A DNA stretch of 35,663 nt from Chlorokybus atmophyticus (Eukaryota; Plantae; Mesostigma and Chlorokybus algae), in the NCBI GenBank assembly GCA_009103225.1, contig RHPI01002945.1, forward strand, positions 1-35,663. Direction: 5' to 3'. Both the position numbers and the translations under genes were made by a program. The notes beneath the pieces are model-generated. The model searched no databases. It had not been told where the DNA came from and worked only from the letters and a program-made list of their open reading frames with translations. Shown here piece after piece: positions 11,252 to 23,360 of the stretch (positions are counted from its first letter, which is position 1; each line of letters starts with the position of its first letter).

Positions 11252-13107
11252 AAAGCACCTAAGCTTCCAGGTGACAAAAGGCTCACACAGCAGTCTATAG
11301 CACGAGAGTCTACAGCACGCGACTTATTGCAGCTGCGATAACCAGTGCCGAAGTCATACTGCGCACAACGCACAACGCACAACACATGCGCACAACGCAC
11401 GTGCGAGCGAACAAAACTTCCAAATGACGGAATCTGACAACAAACACTTCCAAATGAATCAACTTCCAGTGCCTGTGACCTAGGGTTCGTCGGAGCGGCC
11501 TATGCGGTCGCCTGTCACGCCGCCGGCAGCCTGATGTTTGGTGTGCGTAAGGTAGTTCTGGCGGTGCTGACGGAGGTGTGGTAGCGGAGTGCTGGCTTGT
11601 GTTGCACAAGAGTGTTATCCAGTGCAAATTGTTGCAGAGATTAGCAAGCTGAGAAACACCATGGATGATAACATCCCTACCGTGTCGGCGGCATCATCGA
11701 CTTCAGAGGAGACTTGGAGGCAGCCTTCACACCAGCGGACTTTCTATTGGCACTGTCCCTACTGCAGAACAAACGTGAAGGCGGGCCATTTAAAGTCCAA
11801 CGGGCTTCCAGAAATCACACACACAAAGACTGCAAAGATCGTGCAGCACCTGCACATCAGATATTGCAGGTACATGCGCAGACGAACCAACCAGGGCGGC
11901 AGGAAGACAGCAAATGAGCTGAAGGGACGGATGGGGGATTCTCTCTCCAAAGCAGTACGGGTGCGTGTGATGTTGTGAAAGTGCGTTTGTTCTTATAGAC
12001 TTGTAGACACATAGACGTTGTATGCATGCTAGTGAACTGATATCTGAGCAAAAGACTATGCAACAAAATTGACGTACGTGAAGCATATGTTGGCGTGCAG
12101 GCCCTAAAACATCCAAAACAGAGCAGAGTTTCCGTCGACAACCTGCGGAGAGTCACCGAGGAGTATCTGCGAAAGCATCACACTGGAGCCTTTGCATTTG
12201 TAAGCACATGCAGCATGCAACTGTTAGCGAAAAAATGCCATTACAACGCCTTGATTGCTAACCTTGTCGCTTGTTACACATAACTATAAATTTTGGGATG
12301 ACGCTGAGCACGATTACAACAACATCCCCCTCTACCCGAAGGAGCAAACCACACCAAAGCGGACAAAGCGGCAGCGGCAGCAAGATTCAGGTGTTGCCGC
12401 TGCAGGTTCAGCAGCAGCAGCGTCAACAGCGGAGGAAACCGAGTTCGACTTCGCTGCGACAGAGATGAGGGAGCCAGAGGAGCTTGAGGAACAACTTGAG
12501 GATGTGATGCAGGAGGGTTCGGAGGAGTCAGCGCAGAAGGCTGCGGAGGAGGTGTTGGAATTGGAGCAGTCTGAAGAGGAAGAGGTGGTGCCACCTGCAA
12601 AGAAACCGAGGCATGCCAGCTGGCGTGAACATAGGAACGTCATCGGCAGCCGGCTCTCCCAAAACTCCCTAAACACCTGTGAGTATCCATGCAAATACTC
12701 ATAGACTGCTCTGATCAAGACATGTGCGCGTTGTCTTATGTTATCGGCCGAGACAGTCTGTGAGTCAATATACGTATATGATATCCTTACCATTATCTTA
12801 CACACAGGGTGGCAGGGTGAACCAACCTGTAGCCGATGCCCCACAGGCTACTAAGCCAAGGCAACACCGATCAGCGCAGGCCCGTGAACTGGCTGTGACC
12901 AATGCTGCAGCCGAGGTCAATCGATTCACCAAGACGGGGATGGACGCTGTGGAGTTGCCACCGCCATCAGAAGAACATCTGCGGGTGCGTCTTTGTTCGC
13001 ATGGTATCATGCATGCTGATCACATGCCATGGGCGCCATGCTGCATGCACTGCTCAGTTGCAGCCTATGACAATTCACACCAACTTACCGTCACTTGTTG
13101 TTTGCAG

Positions 13108-13650
13108 AGTGACAGAGAGCTTCCCAACCGCAAGCGCATACATAGAGCGACCGGTGACCTATGGCAGCTGTGCACGAATGGTCCAATTTCCATAGGCGAA
13201 CTCTTCCATTTTGCTGGCAAAGAGTTCGCCATCAAGCCTTCCAATATCCCTGACGCAGGGCTCGGCTTGTTCACCTGCCAGCCTATTAAGAAGGGTGACC
13301 GCATCATGGTCTTTGACGGCAAGTGGTACTCCTACCGGGAGATGCAGAAGACATTCCCTCAGAAGGAGCACCTGCACCACCAGCGATACCACCTGCAGGT
13401 CATCAGGGACGTGCCATGCCGCCAGAGCCCTGTCATCGATGGCCACCCTCGATATGGGAACATAGCTGGCTTCCTCAACTCTAGCCGCGATACGCAGTAC
13501 AAACCCAACTGCCACATCATGGACTCCGTTGATGAGGCTGCGGTGCAGGCAGCTGAAGTTAGGAGTCAGAGTGACATCGCCGCCGGGGAAGAGCTGCTCA
13601 TGGAATACGATCCCTTCCCTCCACCTCCAGACGAGCAACCTACAGACAAT
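13108..13650 (+). CDS. SET-domain exon (putative lysine methyltransferase)
   Basis: IKPSNIPDAGLGLFTCQPIKKGDRIMVFDG (motif I GxG), YGNIAGFLNSS...PNC (NHS-type motif as NSS) and DIAAGEELLMEY (motif IV with Tyr). The exon is open and bounded by TTTGCAG| and |GTGAGT. Confidence 0.9.
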
Positions 13651-14588
13651 GTGAGTATATGCAGCCTGTGGCTCATGCCTATAGACATCACTTGCTCTGC
13701 CAGACACTGTCTCTTGTTGTTATAGACTGCATCTGTGAGAGCTGTGCGGTCTATGACCTTATTATTCAGCATTGCAAACAATATGCTGATCACCAGCTTA
13801 CCTCAGGTCATGGAGTACTTTTTCAAGGCGGCCAGAGAAAAGTTTATCAAGGAGGCAACAGAGATGGCAGCTCGCCATGGCGTCGCGCTCGAAGACGGCG
13901 CGTACCTCGCCACTTGCACTGCACCGCGTCAAGCTGGTGAATCTTTAGGCGCCTACACATGGAGGGTGCTGAAACGACCACAAGTCGCCCGAAATTAAAG
14001 ACAGAATGTAAGTGTTGAGAACGCTTCGTTAGTGCATGGTCGTACATGTCATTGTGCATTCATAGACTGCACTTGTGTCACCAGAACGACACAGTCAATC
14101 ACACTGTCAGAGAGGCGTCTGTACGCCTTTAAAAAGGGATATTTGACTCAGCTAAAAGCAAGTGCGCTGAGCTTACACGCGTGCTAGATAAACTATTCCT
14201 GCTGTTAAGACAGATAGACTCCAGAATGGAACAAGAGAAAGAACAGAGGGTATGTTTGTGTTATTAAACGTAAATGAGTTGTGTGTAATTCTTGTTCTAA
14301 CTGGTGATTATGATTCACAGAAACTTACCAAGGAAGTGTTCCGTAAGGCAGAAACTACAATTCACAAAGGCCTTCAAGAGATTGCCGCTCAGGGCGCTAT
14401 GGTGACACGGGCTGCAAATCAGCACAGGCTGAAGGAGCAGGATCATCAGTTAAGAATCGAGAAGACCATTTTGTCCATGGTGCGCAATGGTCTGAATGAA
14501 AGTAGGCGACATTGGTTGACTGAGGAGCAGATAGCTGCCGTGCGCACTAATGTTCAAAATGCCCAAGATACGACTGCACAGTGGCAGG

Positions 14589-16628
14589 TGTTGACATACA
14601 CACGTGCAAGTGACACGCCAACAACATCAACACAAGAGTATGACTGCTACTGCCGCCATAGCTTACGCACACATGCTACATCGTGACCTCTTATGTTCAT
14701 TGCAACAAGTCTGGGCTTTATACCCCGCCAGTCTCTACACACGTCTACATTGGCAATCACCGCGTGCGCTATACTCAGCCGATTGCTGTTCTAAAAGCTA
14801 CGCTGTCTAGCTCACAACCAGAGCTTTTCAACAAGCTAAGCCACGCCTGCTAAGCTTACGTATCCACGAAGCTACGCGATTTCTCCCAAGGCTCTACCAA
14901 GCAGCCTGGTCCGGAGTCCGTCATGACTCAACCGTCTGGCTAAGTCTGGAGCCCACGCGCTTTTTCCTAGTACCTTCGACCCTCGACTCCTGTATGAAGG
15001 GCAAGCTGACCGTATACAAGCATCACCCATGTAATACCTTCAACACTCCCACGCGGGCAGCTTGTCCTTCAACATCAGCTCCTCCATTACTCACGCACAC
15101 CGCTTGCTCTCACGCAAGCCTTCACCTGTTTTTCTCATGCCTCCATGCTTCTCATGGATGATCTTCAAGTCATTCACTTCCACAGCAACTCGAGCCTCAT
15201 GGTTGACCACCAACCTTGCTCCTTGCTGTACATACATGTTGCCTTCATGCACCCGCTGCATCTGTCCTCGTTGACAGTGCCTCCGCCGCTGGTATCAGCC
15301 CATGACTCCTCCAGTCAACTTGCTTTCCACCATTTGCAGCTCCCACGGGCTCCGCAATCGCAACCTACTTGTGCCTCCTTGTTGCTCATGACCTTATAGT
15401 ATCTTGAAACTCCATCCTCAACCACCCTTGTCAATGCAGCAACCTTGTGCACATCACGGCCATCTTCATGTCCACGTCCACATGCTTCTGCGTATAGCCT
15501 CCAAGCTTCACGCCTCCAGGATGCTCCATGTCCAGCTTCCAAGCGATCACGCTTCCAGGATGCTCATCACGCTTCCTCGCATGCACCTTCAGCCAAGCAC
15601 TCCACATGCTTCAACCAAAGTACCAAGCACTTTACCGTGCTTCACCAAGGACTGCCCTCGCTCCCCTTCTCGGAAGGTCCATCAAACACTCCACCGTGCT
15701 CGACCTCAAGGGTTGCCATTTGCTCCCCTTCCTTCCACCAAGCACATCAACGTGCTTACCACGGGTTGCCTCTCGCATTCCTTAACGCGCTTCACCACGC
15801 TCCACCAAGTATTCCTCGCACTCAGCAACACAAGCTGACATCTTCAGCTCCCACGTATCAAGGACGCCTCCTCTTCCAAGTACTTCACGTACTCTTCTTC
15901 AGTCACCAGAAGATCTCCATCATCTCCTCCTCTTGGTCCATGTACTTCCGCATCTCCTTGTGGGCCAGTAGTAGCTCCATCTTCACACTCCAAGTGTTGT
16001 AGTCGTCAACGTCCAGTAGTCCAATCGCAAAGCCGTCCATGCTGGTGGCCTTGGTTGGTTGCCCTCTCTGCTCATAGACCTCACAACCCCACTCTACCAC
16101 AAAGCAACTACAGCTACACATACAATTGTAACAATTCATCAACCTACACAAGCATGTGTGGGCCCATAACCTGTTGACATACACACGTGCAAGTGACACG
16201 CCAACAACATCAACACAAGAGTATGACTGCTACTGCCGCCATAGCTTACGCACACATGCTACATTGTGACCTCTTATCTTCATTGCAACAAGTCTGGGCT
16301 TTATACCCCGCCAGTCTCTACATACGTCTACATTGGCAATCACCGCGTGCGCTATACTCAGCCGATTGCTGTTCTGTAAGCTACGCTGTCTAGCTCACAA
16401 CTAGAGCTTTTCAACAAGCTAAGCCACGCCTGCTAAGCTTACGTATCCACGAAGCTACGCGATTTCTCCCAAGGCTCTACCAAGCAGCCTGGTCCGGAGT
16501 CCGTCATGACTCGACCGTCTTGCTAAGTCTGGAGCCCACGCGCTTTTTCCTGGTACCTTCGACCCTCGACTCCTGTATGAAGGGCAAGCTGACCGGATAC
16601 AAGCATCACCCATGTAATACCTTCAACA
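14589..16628 (-). mobile_element. Non-autonomous Ty1/copia derivative (TRIM-like, 2,040 bp)
   Basis: 457-bp LTRs at 14589-15045 and 16172-16628 (TGTTG...CAACA, about 10 mismatches by eye); TSD GCAGG; PBS GGTTATGGGCCCA (minus strand, 16159-16171); PPT GCGTGGGAG; only a gag N-terminal remnant (16040-15903). Confidence 0.95.
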
Positions 16629-16953
16629 GCAGGCTGAGCAAAAGCAATTGCAGCAACGCAACAAAGCGGAGTGGGAGACACGCCGGCTACGCATCAACGC
16701 CATTGCTAATCGGAGGAAACAGAAGCGAGAAGTTTGGCTGGAAGAGCAGATGAAGACCGTCCATTTTCTGGATCCAGGATGGGCTGAGAATTACAAGTCC
16801 TTGCGCGCATACCTCATTAACAAGTGGGAGTGCAACCATCCTTGGCCATCCATTCCTGCTGCAGCTCCTGGTCCGACTCCTTTTATTGCTGCTTCTGGTG
16901 CTACGGCTACCTCTAGCAATCCTTCTCAAGCTGCTGTTGATGCTGCTCTTGCC

Positions 16954-16985
<32 letters not shown>

Positions 16986-17098
16986 ACTTGCAGCATTGGG
17001 AGGGGTTTCGGGGCGACCTTCAGTTCCTCTAGTGTTTCCGGATAGGCCACCACAAGGAAGCGCAGAGAAGGATGCCATAGACCGTGGCCATTAAACTG

Positions 17099-20000
17099 TA
17101 CTGTGGGGAAGCTAGTGGACACATGCAGCAGGGCAGGGCATGACACATACAACACAACAGCCGCCAAGGCTTGGGCCAAAAGCAATCACTATTCCATTCA
17201 AGCAAGTGTAGTCCAAAAAATGCTTGCTGCAGCGCTAGCTTTGTTTCTTGCAGGTTCTCCACCCGCCTGGCAGTGACGATGATGTCGTCCACATACACGA
17301 GTAGCCACACCTTCTTTTCATCATGGAAGAAGAGCCCCGGATCAGCAGTAGATGCCTTGAAGCCTTGTGACTCAAGCTCTTGAGTAAACTTGATGTGCCA
17401 CATACGGGGTGCTTGTCGTAGCCCATATAACGCCTTAATCAGCTTGCAGGCCGTACCGCGCTCGCCTTCTTCATAGCCAGGTGGTTGCTCAATGTAGATG
17501 ATCTCCTCCAGCTCCTCGTAGAGGAATGCAGTCTTCACATCGAGGTGATGCATCTCTAGATCCTCCGCAGTAACCATAGCCAACAATGCCCGAAAGGTGA
17601 CATGCTTACTTGCAGGCGCGAAGACTTCAATAAAGTTCACTCCCTCTTGCTGCATAAAGCCCTTTGCCACCAACCTTGCTTTGTATCGCTCGATGTTGCC
17701 TTGACCATCACGCTTCACCTTGAAGACCCATTTGACAGGGATAGCTTTCGCACCTGCAGGGAGCTTCTCCACCACCCAAGTGTTGTTGGCATGGAGTGAC
17801 GCAATCTCCTCGTCCATAGCTCGCTGCCATTGCTCTGCATCAGGTGCCCGCAATGCCTCCAAGTAGGCTGCTTGGCTCTTCACTGTCCTCATGCACTTTT
17901 GCTGCAAGTGCCTTGTGGAAGAAGTCTGGCTCGTTTCTCTCCCTCTCAGGGTACCTCAGGGATGACTGATGCTGATGCCGCTCTTCATTGCTAGCCACAG
18001 CCAAGTCCTTCTCCTTCGCACCCATGTCGATGACAGCCGCGCCTCTTTCAGTCTCCACACACTTAAAAAACTCCTGCGCCTGTGCTTCATCTTCATCTTT
18101 GGGGTAGAAACCTGCTTCTCTCTGTGATGAACCCTCGTGGAACACCACATCTCTGCTTACAATGACCTTTTGCTCTTTCTCCAGCAGGATCCGGTAAGCC
18201 TTGGAACCCGGCTCATAGCCAACAAAAACGCCTTTCTGGCTAACTGGCTCCAACTTGTGCCTTAAAGCTTTGGGCACCAGTGCATATGCTATGCACCCGA
18301 ACACACGCATGCCACTCACATCTGGTGCAGTGCCGTAGAAGAGCTCCCACGGTGTCTTCTGCTCAGAACTCACAGGTGACCGATTGCGTATATAGTTGGC
18401 GGTGAGGACAGCTTCACTCCACAAACTGTCTTCCAGCTGATTGTCGTTGAGCATGGCTCGTACTCGCTCCATCAGGGTCCGGTTCAGACGCTCAGCAGCT
18501 CCATTCTGCTGCGGGGTGTAGGGTGCCGTTGTCTCGTGGCGTATGCCTTTGCTGGCGAAGTACTCCTTCAACTCGTTGTTGATGTACTCCCCTCCTCGAT
18601 CACTCCGCATTGCTTTCACCTTCTTGCCACCTTAAGTCTCTAGCAATGCCACGACCGTAAGCACAGCTCCAGCAACTTCAGACTTCACCTTCAATGGGAA
18701 GATGATGGAAAGCTTGCTGTAGTCGTCGAGGAATGTCGCAAAGTACCTTACCCGTCCCTTCGCCACAACGCGCATAGGCCCGCAAACATCCATATGCACA
18801 AGCTCGCCAGGATGCTGACTATGCGATGAAGATGACGGGAAAGGCACGCGATGTTGCTTCGCCAACACACATGGTTCACAGTGCACACCTGATGCGGTTT
18901 CAAAGTCTTCTTTCTTCAGGTTGATGCCAACAACCATGTCTTTTGAGACCAACCGAGTGAGATTGCCGTAGCCCAAGTGCCCGAACCTTCGATGCCAGAG
19001 CTCCGCAGTCTCTTTCTCCTTCACCACCAAGGCTTGCATATGACAAGGTTGTCGTACCAGGTAGAGCCCTCCATGCTTAGCGCCCTCCATGCACACGACC
19101 CCATCCAGCTTCACTTCACAGCGTCCATTCTTGAACATGACCTCAGCTCCCACGCGCTCAGCGGTCGCTACACTAAATAGACTCGCAGCAGCACTAGGAA
19201 CGTGCAACACCTCCCTCAACAAGACCTTAACGTTATGAACAGTGTCACCGACCTGAGTATGAAGCTTCACGCTCCCAACCCCAATGCCCTCCAGCACATG
19301 ACCATTGAAGCCCTCCACTTTTACAGGACGAGTCAGCTTCGTGTAGTCCTCCAACAGCTCCACATGTGGCGTGAGATGCCTCTCGCGTCCAGAGTCGATC
19401 ACCCAACTTCCATGGTGTCTTCCCAATGATGCAGCAAACGCAAACGCCTTCTCTTTGCCGCTGGTGCTTGCGCCTCCATCTTGATAACGCTTGGGACAAT
19501 TTCTGCTGATGTGTCCAACCACTCCACAGGTATGACATCTCAGCTTGGCATGTCATTTACCAGTACTGCTTCCAGTTTTGTTGTCACGGTTGCCAGTCCG
19601 TAGCTGCTTGTCGTGTCCTCCAGGCCTTCTATACTTGTTGTAGAAAACCACAGCATCTGCATGGTCATCCTTCTTTGTTGTCTTCTGCTCTACGGTGAGT
19701 AGCTTGGGCAGCACGTCGTCCAGGGTAAGAACCGATGACGATGTCTCCAGTAGAGTAGTGACAACCTCATACTCAGATGGTAGCCCGTTCAGCACAGCCA
19801 GCACAACGTCCTCCTCCTCCATCTTGCTCCCGACATCAGTAAGGTTCGCCCACAACTCCCTCGCACGCGACAAATACTTTGTGACAGGCTCACCAGCTTC
19901 CTTCTTGATGGAGTTCAGCTGCTTCTTCAGTGACAGCTTCCTTGCGTTGTTCTTGGCTTGAAACACGGACTCAAGTGTCTCCCAAGCTTGTTTACCATCC

Positions 20001-20609
20001 TCACATGCAGATAGCATGGGAAAGTGATACGACTTGCAGTTCAACACAATCAAGGCAAGTCCCTGTTGCGAGCTCTCAATGTTGAGGGACGACATGCAGT
20101 CAGCCTGACTCCCATAGACTAAGGCATTGAGTGTTAGAAATGGCTAAGTCCTTGTGCACGTCGCACTTGCAATACGAGGACTGATATCGAGCAGTTGTGA
20201 GTCTAGAGCTCGATATCGGTACAGACTGCTGGCGGACACTCGAAGACTCCGGACTTGGGAGCATCTGGAAGAGTCTGGCGACAGGCCAGAGCTTCGGTAG
20301 AAGTTGCAGAACTTCGTGGCTACTTAGTTGCAAGGAACGTGCCATAGCTTGTTGGAAAGGTCTTGAAGCTGGCTACGTGGAGCAACTTAGAGCACCTCGA
20401 TAGAACGCTTGTAGAAGGCGCAGGATCTTCTAGAGTAGAGGTGTGTAGTCTGGCTAAGTATATAAGCTAGCGGACTACACTTGCTTGAATGGAATAGTGA
20501 TTGCTTTTAGCCCAAGCCTTGGCGGCTGTTGTGTTGTATGTGTCATGCCCTGCCCTGCTGCATGTGTCCACTAGCTTCCCCACAATAGGTTATGGGCCCA
20601 CTCTACGCC
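17099..20609 (-). mobile_element. Rearranged and deleted Ty1/copia element(s)
   Basis: Minus-strand gag-PR-IN-RT fragments at 20124-17215. RT is fused directly to the last 116 bp of an LTR (17099-17214). A full LTR plus PBS lies in the opposite (+) orientation at about 20125-20600. No TSD found. Confidence 0.88.
17215..20124 (-). pseudogene. pol: copia gag-pol remnant (UBN2-type gag, zinc knuckle, PR, IN, truncated RT)
   Basis: AKNNARKLSLKKQL, WVIDSG, LWHRRFGH, LVHMDVCGP, RSDRGGEY, PQQNGAAER, YKARLVAKG, LDVKTAF and LVYVDD. RNase H is absent. Confidence 0.95.
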
Positions 20610-20624
20610 ATACAAGGTGCGGCA

Positions 20625-20792
20625 CGGACCATATGTGGTGCGCAACTGCGCGCCAGGTGTTGGGGCCCCAAAAGGACCATGGACGGTCCGTCCCTCGCGG
20701 ACCAGACACTCGTGGTCCGCGGGGACGGACCATGTATGGCCCGCGGGGTCCGTGGAAGGACCATGCATGGTCCCCGAACGTCAATCCGTGTG
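20625..20792. repeat. Internal CACTA-like right end: subterminal array and terminus
   Basis: Perfect palindrome GGACCATGCATGGTCC at 20758-20773, followed by AATCCGTGTG. The reverse complement starts CACACGGA, identical to the 7725 terminus. Confidence 0.8.
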
Positions 20793-23360
20793 CAGGCCAG
20801 AGCGGAAGACAGCCAGCGCGTACAACAGCTACAACAAACTTTGCAAGAGCTGGGAGAAATCAATGCTCGGCGTTCAGAGCTGGCGAGGGAAGAAGCTGAA
20901 CGTCTGTGCGATACACGCCCTGCCTTGAAAGAGCACCTCACCCGCTGCAAGTGCATTGAAGATAACGTCAAGGCCGCCTTTAACAGGATCAGCGAGTTGG
21001 ATGGAAAGTTGGTGCTGGCCTTGCAGCGTGAGGATGCAGCGCAAGAGTTGGTTGCCACCACTGACAGGGACCGCCTACGACAGCAGTCGGCGACAGCCGA
21101 GGAGGCCAAGAAAAAGCAGCAGAACCTTCTTGACCAGCTTCAGCAGCAGCCCTCCGCGCAAGCACAAAAGCTCCAAGCAGAGGTTGACGCCCTTAATGCA
21201 AGACTTCAGCGTTAGCAGTTACACCAAGACTTCATTTGGAAGCAGCAGAAAGACACGCTTCAGCACCAGTTGAGGTGGACCAATGGGGAGAGGCAACGCT
21301 TGGAAACAGAGAATGTGAGCCTAAGAGGCGAGGAGCAGCTTCAAAGGATCAGCAGCAGCACGCTTAGAGGAGATCCAGAGCCTGCAGGAGCGCCTGCGCA
21401 AAGCCGAGGAGGCCTCGCAACAAGCGCGTGACGCTGCGTGCAAAGCCGAGGAGGCCTGTCAACTCCAAATCCAGCTTCAGCAAATGGCCTCCCTCCAGCG
21501 GCAGGCGCGTGAGGAGGCGGACCGCCTACAAAAGGAAAATGCAGAACTGAGTGAGCGCTTGCGCCAAGCTGAGGAGGTCAGGAAGAAGCAGCAGGAGAGG
21601 CGGCCAGCAGCAGCAGGAGGCGTCCACTCAGCAGAAGGCACTTGAGGAGGCGGACCGTCTACGACAGGACAATGCAAGCTTGAATGAGCGACTGCGCCAA
21701 AGCGAGGAGGCCAGGACGAAGCTGGAGGAGAGCAGCGGCCAGCAGCAGCAGCAGGAGTCCTACGCTCAGCAGGTGCGTGAAGAGGCGGACCGCCTACGAG
21801 AGGAGAACTTGCAACTGAGTGAGCGCCTGCGCCAAGCCGAGGAGGCCAGGAAGAAGCTGCAGGCGAGCAGCCTACGGCAGGACAATGAGAGCCTGCGCGA
21901 GCGCCTGCGCACAGGCGAGGAGGCCAGGAGGAAGCTCCGTGCAGCAGTGCAGTCTCTCAATGAAAAACNGGAAGAAGCTGGAGGAGAGCAGCGGCTAGCA
22001 GCAGCAGCAGGAGTCCTCCGCTCAGCAGGCGCGTGAGGAGGCGGACCGCCTACAAAAGGAAAATGCAGAACTGAGTGAGCGCCTGCGCCAAGCCGAGGAG
22101 GCTAGGAAGAAGCTGGAGGAGAGTAGCGGCCAGCAGCAGCAGGAGTCCTCCGCTCAGCAGGCGCGTGAGGAGGCGGACCGCCTACAAAAGGAAAATGCAG
22201 AACTGAGTGAGCGCCTGCGCCAAGCCGAGGAGGCCAAGAAGAAGCTGCAGGTGAGCAGCCTAAGGCAGGACAATAAGAGCCTGCGCGAGCGCCTGTGCAC
22301 AGGTGAGGAGGCCAGGAGGAAGCTCCGTGCAGCAGTGCAGTCTCTCAATGAAAAACTCGGGAAGGCCTCTCAACAGGCGCAAGAGGCTGGGCGCAAGCTG
22401 CAAACAGAGGTTGAATTTTTGACTGCTGAGAGGAACCGCTCCGAAGCAAGAGTGGAGTCTCTCAACAAACAACTCCAGCGGCTGGCCTCTCAAACGCAAG
22501 AGACTAGGGGCAAGCTGCAAGCAGAGGCAAGCAGGCAAGCAGACGCCCTGAATGCGGAGGTGAAACGCCTGCGTTAGGAAAATGCCAAACTCCGGAACTC
22601 CAATAAGAAGCTTATCAAAGACGGCAAGCGACCAGCCACCATGGACGACCCGGAAATCCTGAAGGCGCAGGCGGACCTTGCAGAATCGGAAGAAAACGTT
22701 GCTCAAGCCATGCAGCGTGTCAGTCATACAGAGAAGCTGCTCGAAGATACCTAGCAGAGGCTTGAGGAAACGCTTCAGATGCTGCAGACTGTAATGCCAG
22801 GTGGTGGAGCTGCTGACATTCCTTCCACGTCCACACTACCGCCAGAAGCTGAACTGCAAGAGAAAATCATTGAACAGCAAAGGGAGAACAATCAACTTGA
22901 TATGCGGGTCACGAACTGAGAAGATGACCTGGAGCTCTTTGAAAAACAGCAAATTTGCATGGAAGGCGTGCTGGTGGATGAGTGGATGCGGGTTATGGTG
23001 GAGGACTTCCTGGCTGAAAGTCCCGGCGCGCGGGCACGTTCGTTGAGCGAAGGAGGAGCACAGACTACCCAGCGCATACAACAGTACTTGCAAGGTTGGC
23101 AACAGCTGATGGCTCTAGAGCTTGCGGTCTGCATACAAGCTTGCAATGCCTGGGCGCAGAGGAACAATCAAGCGACACGAGACACTTGGGACAGTGATCC
23201 TGCTGCACTGTGTGTTTTGGTCCGAAACACAGCGCACCATTACCTCCGTGACATCAATCAACAGCTAGCGGAGAATGGGCTCCCTTTGTACGCCAACACT
23301 TTGGAGGCGTTTGGTGCTCTGCAGCCGGGCCTCACTCACTTTTTGCTCCTGCTTGATTAA
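20793..23360 (+). pseudogene. Long coiled-coil protein gene, 5'-truncated, with internal 132-bp (44-aa) repeats
   Basis: E/Q/R/L-rich heptad sequence begins directly after the 20792 terminus. Several in-frame TAGs (e.g. 21213, 22575). The C-terminal non-repetitive block is ORF 22959-23360. Confidence 0.75.
21490..22360 (+). repeat. Coding tandem repeat array (unit about QQAREEADRLQKENAELSERLRQAEEARKKLEESSGQQQQESSA)
   Basis: Period of 132 bp between 22021 and 22153, with further variant units at about 21500, 21640 and 21770. An N at 21969 lies at a repeat junction, so the copy number may be misassembled. Confidence 0.9.

Larger units (their letters stand above)
11661..17094 (+). pseudogene. 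Multi-exon gene: N-terminal Cys/His zinc-finger-like motif, acidic linker, SET domain, helical C-terminus and poly-Ala; interrupted by a copia derivative
   Basis: ATG at 11661; WHCPYC...HLHIRYC; acidic exon about 12280-12678; phase-0 introns 12985-13107 and 13651-13806 flank the SET exon. ORFs 14252-14588 and 16634-17094 join in frame once the LTR insertion is removed. Some upstream junctions are unresolved. Confidence 0.65.

Noticed and set aside
7280-13650. SETMAR-like SET-transposase fusion
   Set aside because: The SET exon belongs to a separate gene inside the nested CACTA-like element. The pogo exons splice to each other, and the order is opposite to SETMAR.
12332-13707. Long antisense ORFs over the SET gene (12332-12844, 13159-13707) and over the copia/gypsy pol regions
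   Set aside because: They are shadows of the real coding strand with no recognisable motifs.
16940-16995. (GCT)n trinucleotide repeat as a separate element
   Set aside because: It encodes the poly-Ala tract in the last exon of the SET-containing gene and is ordinary low complexity.
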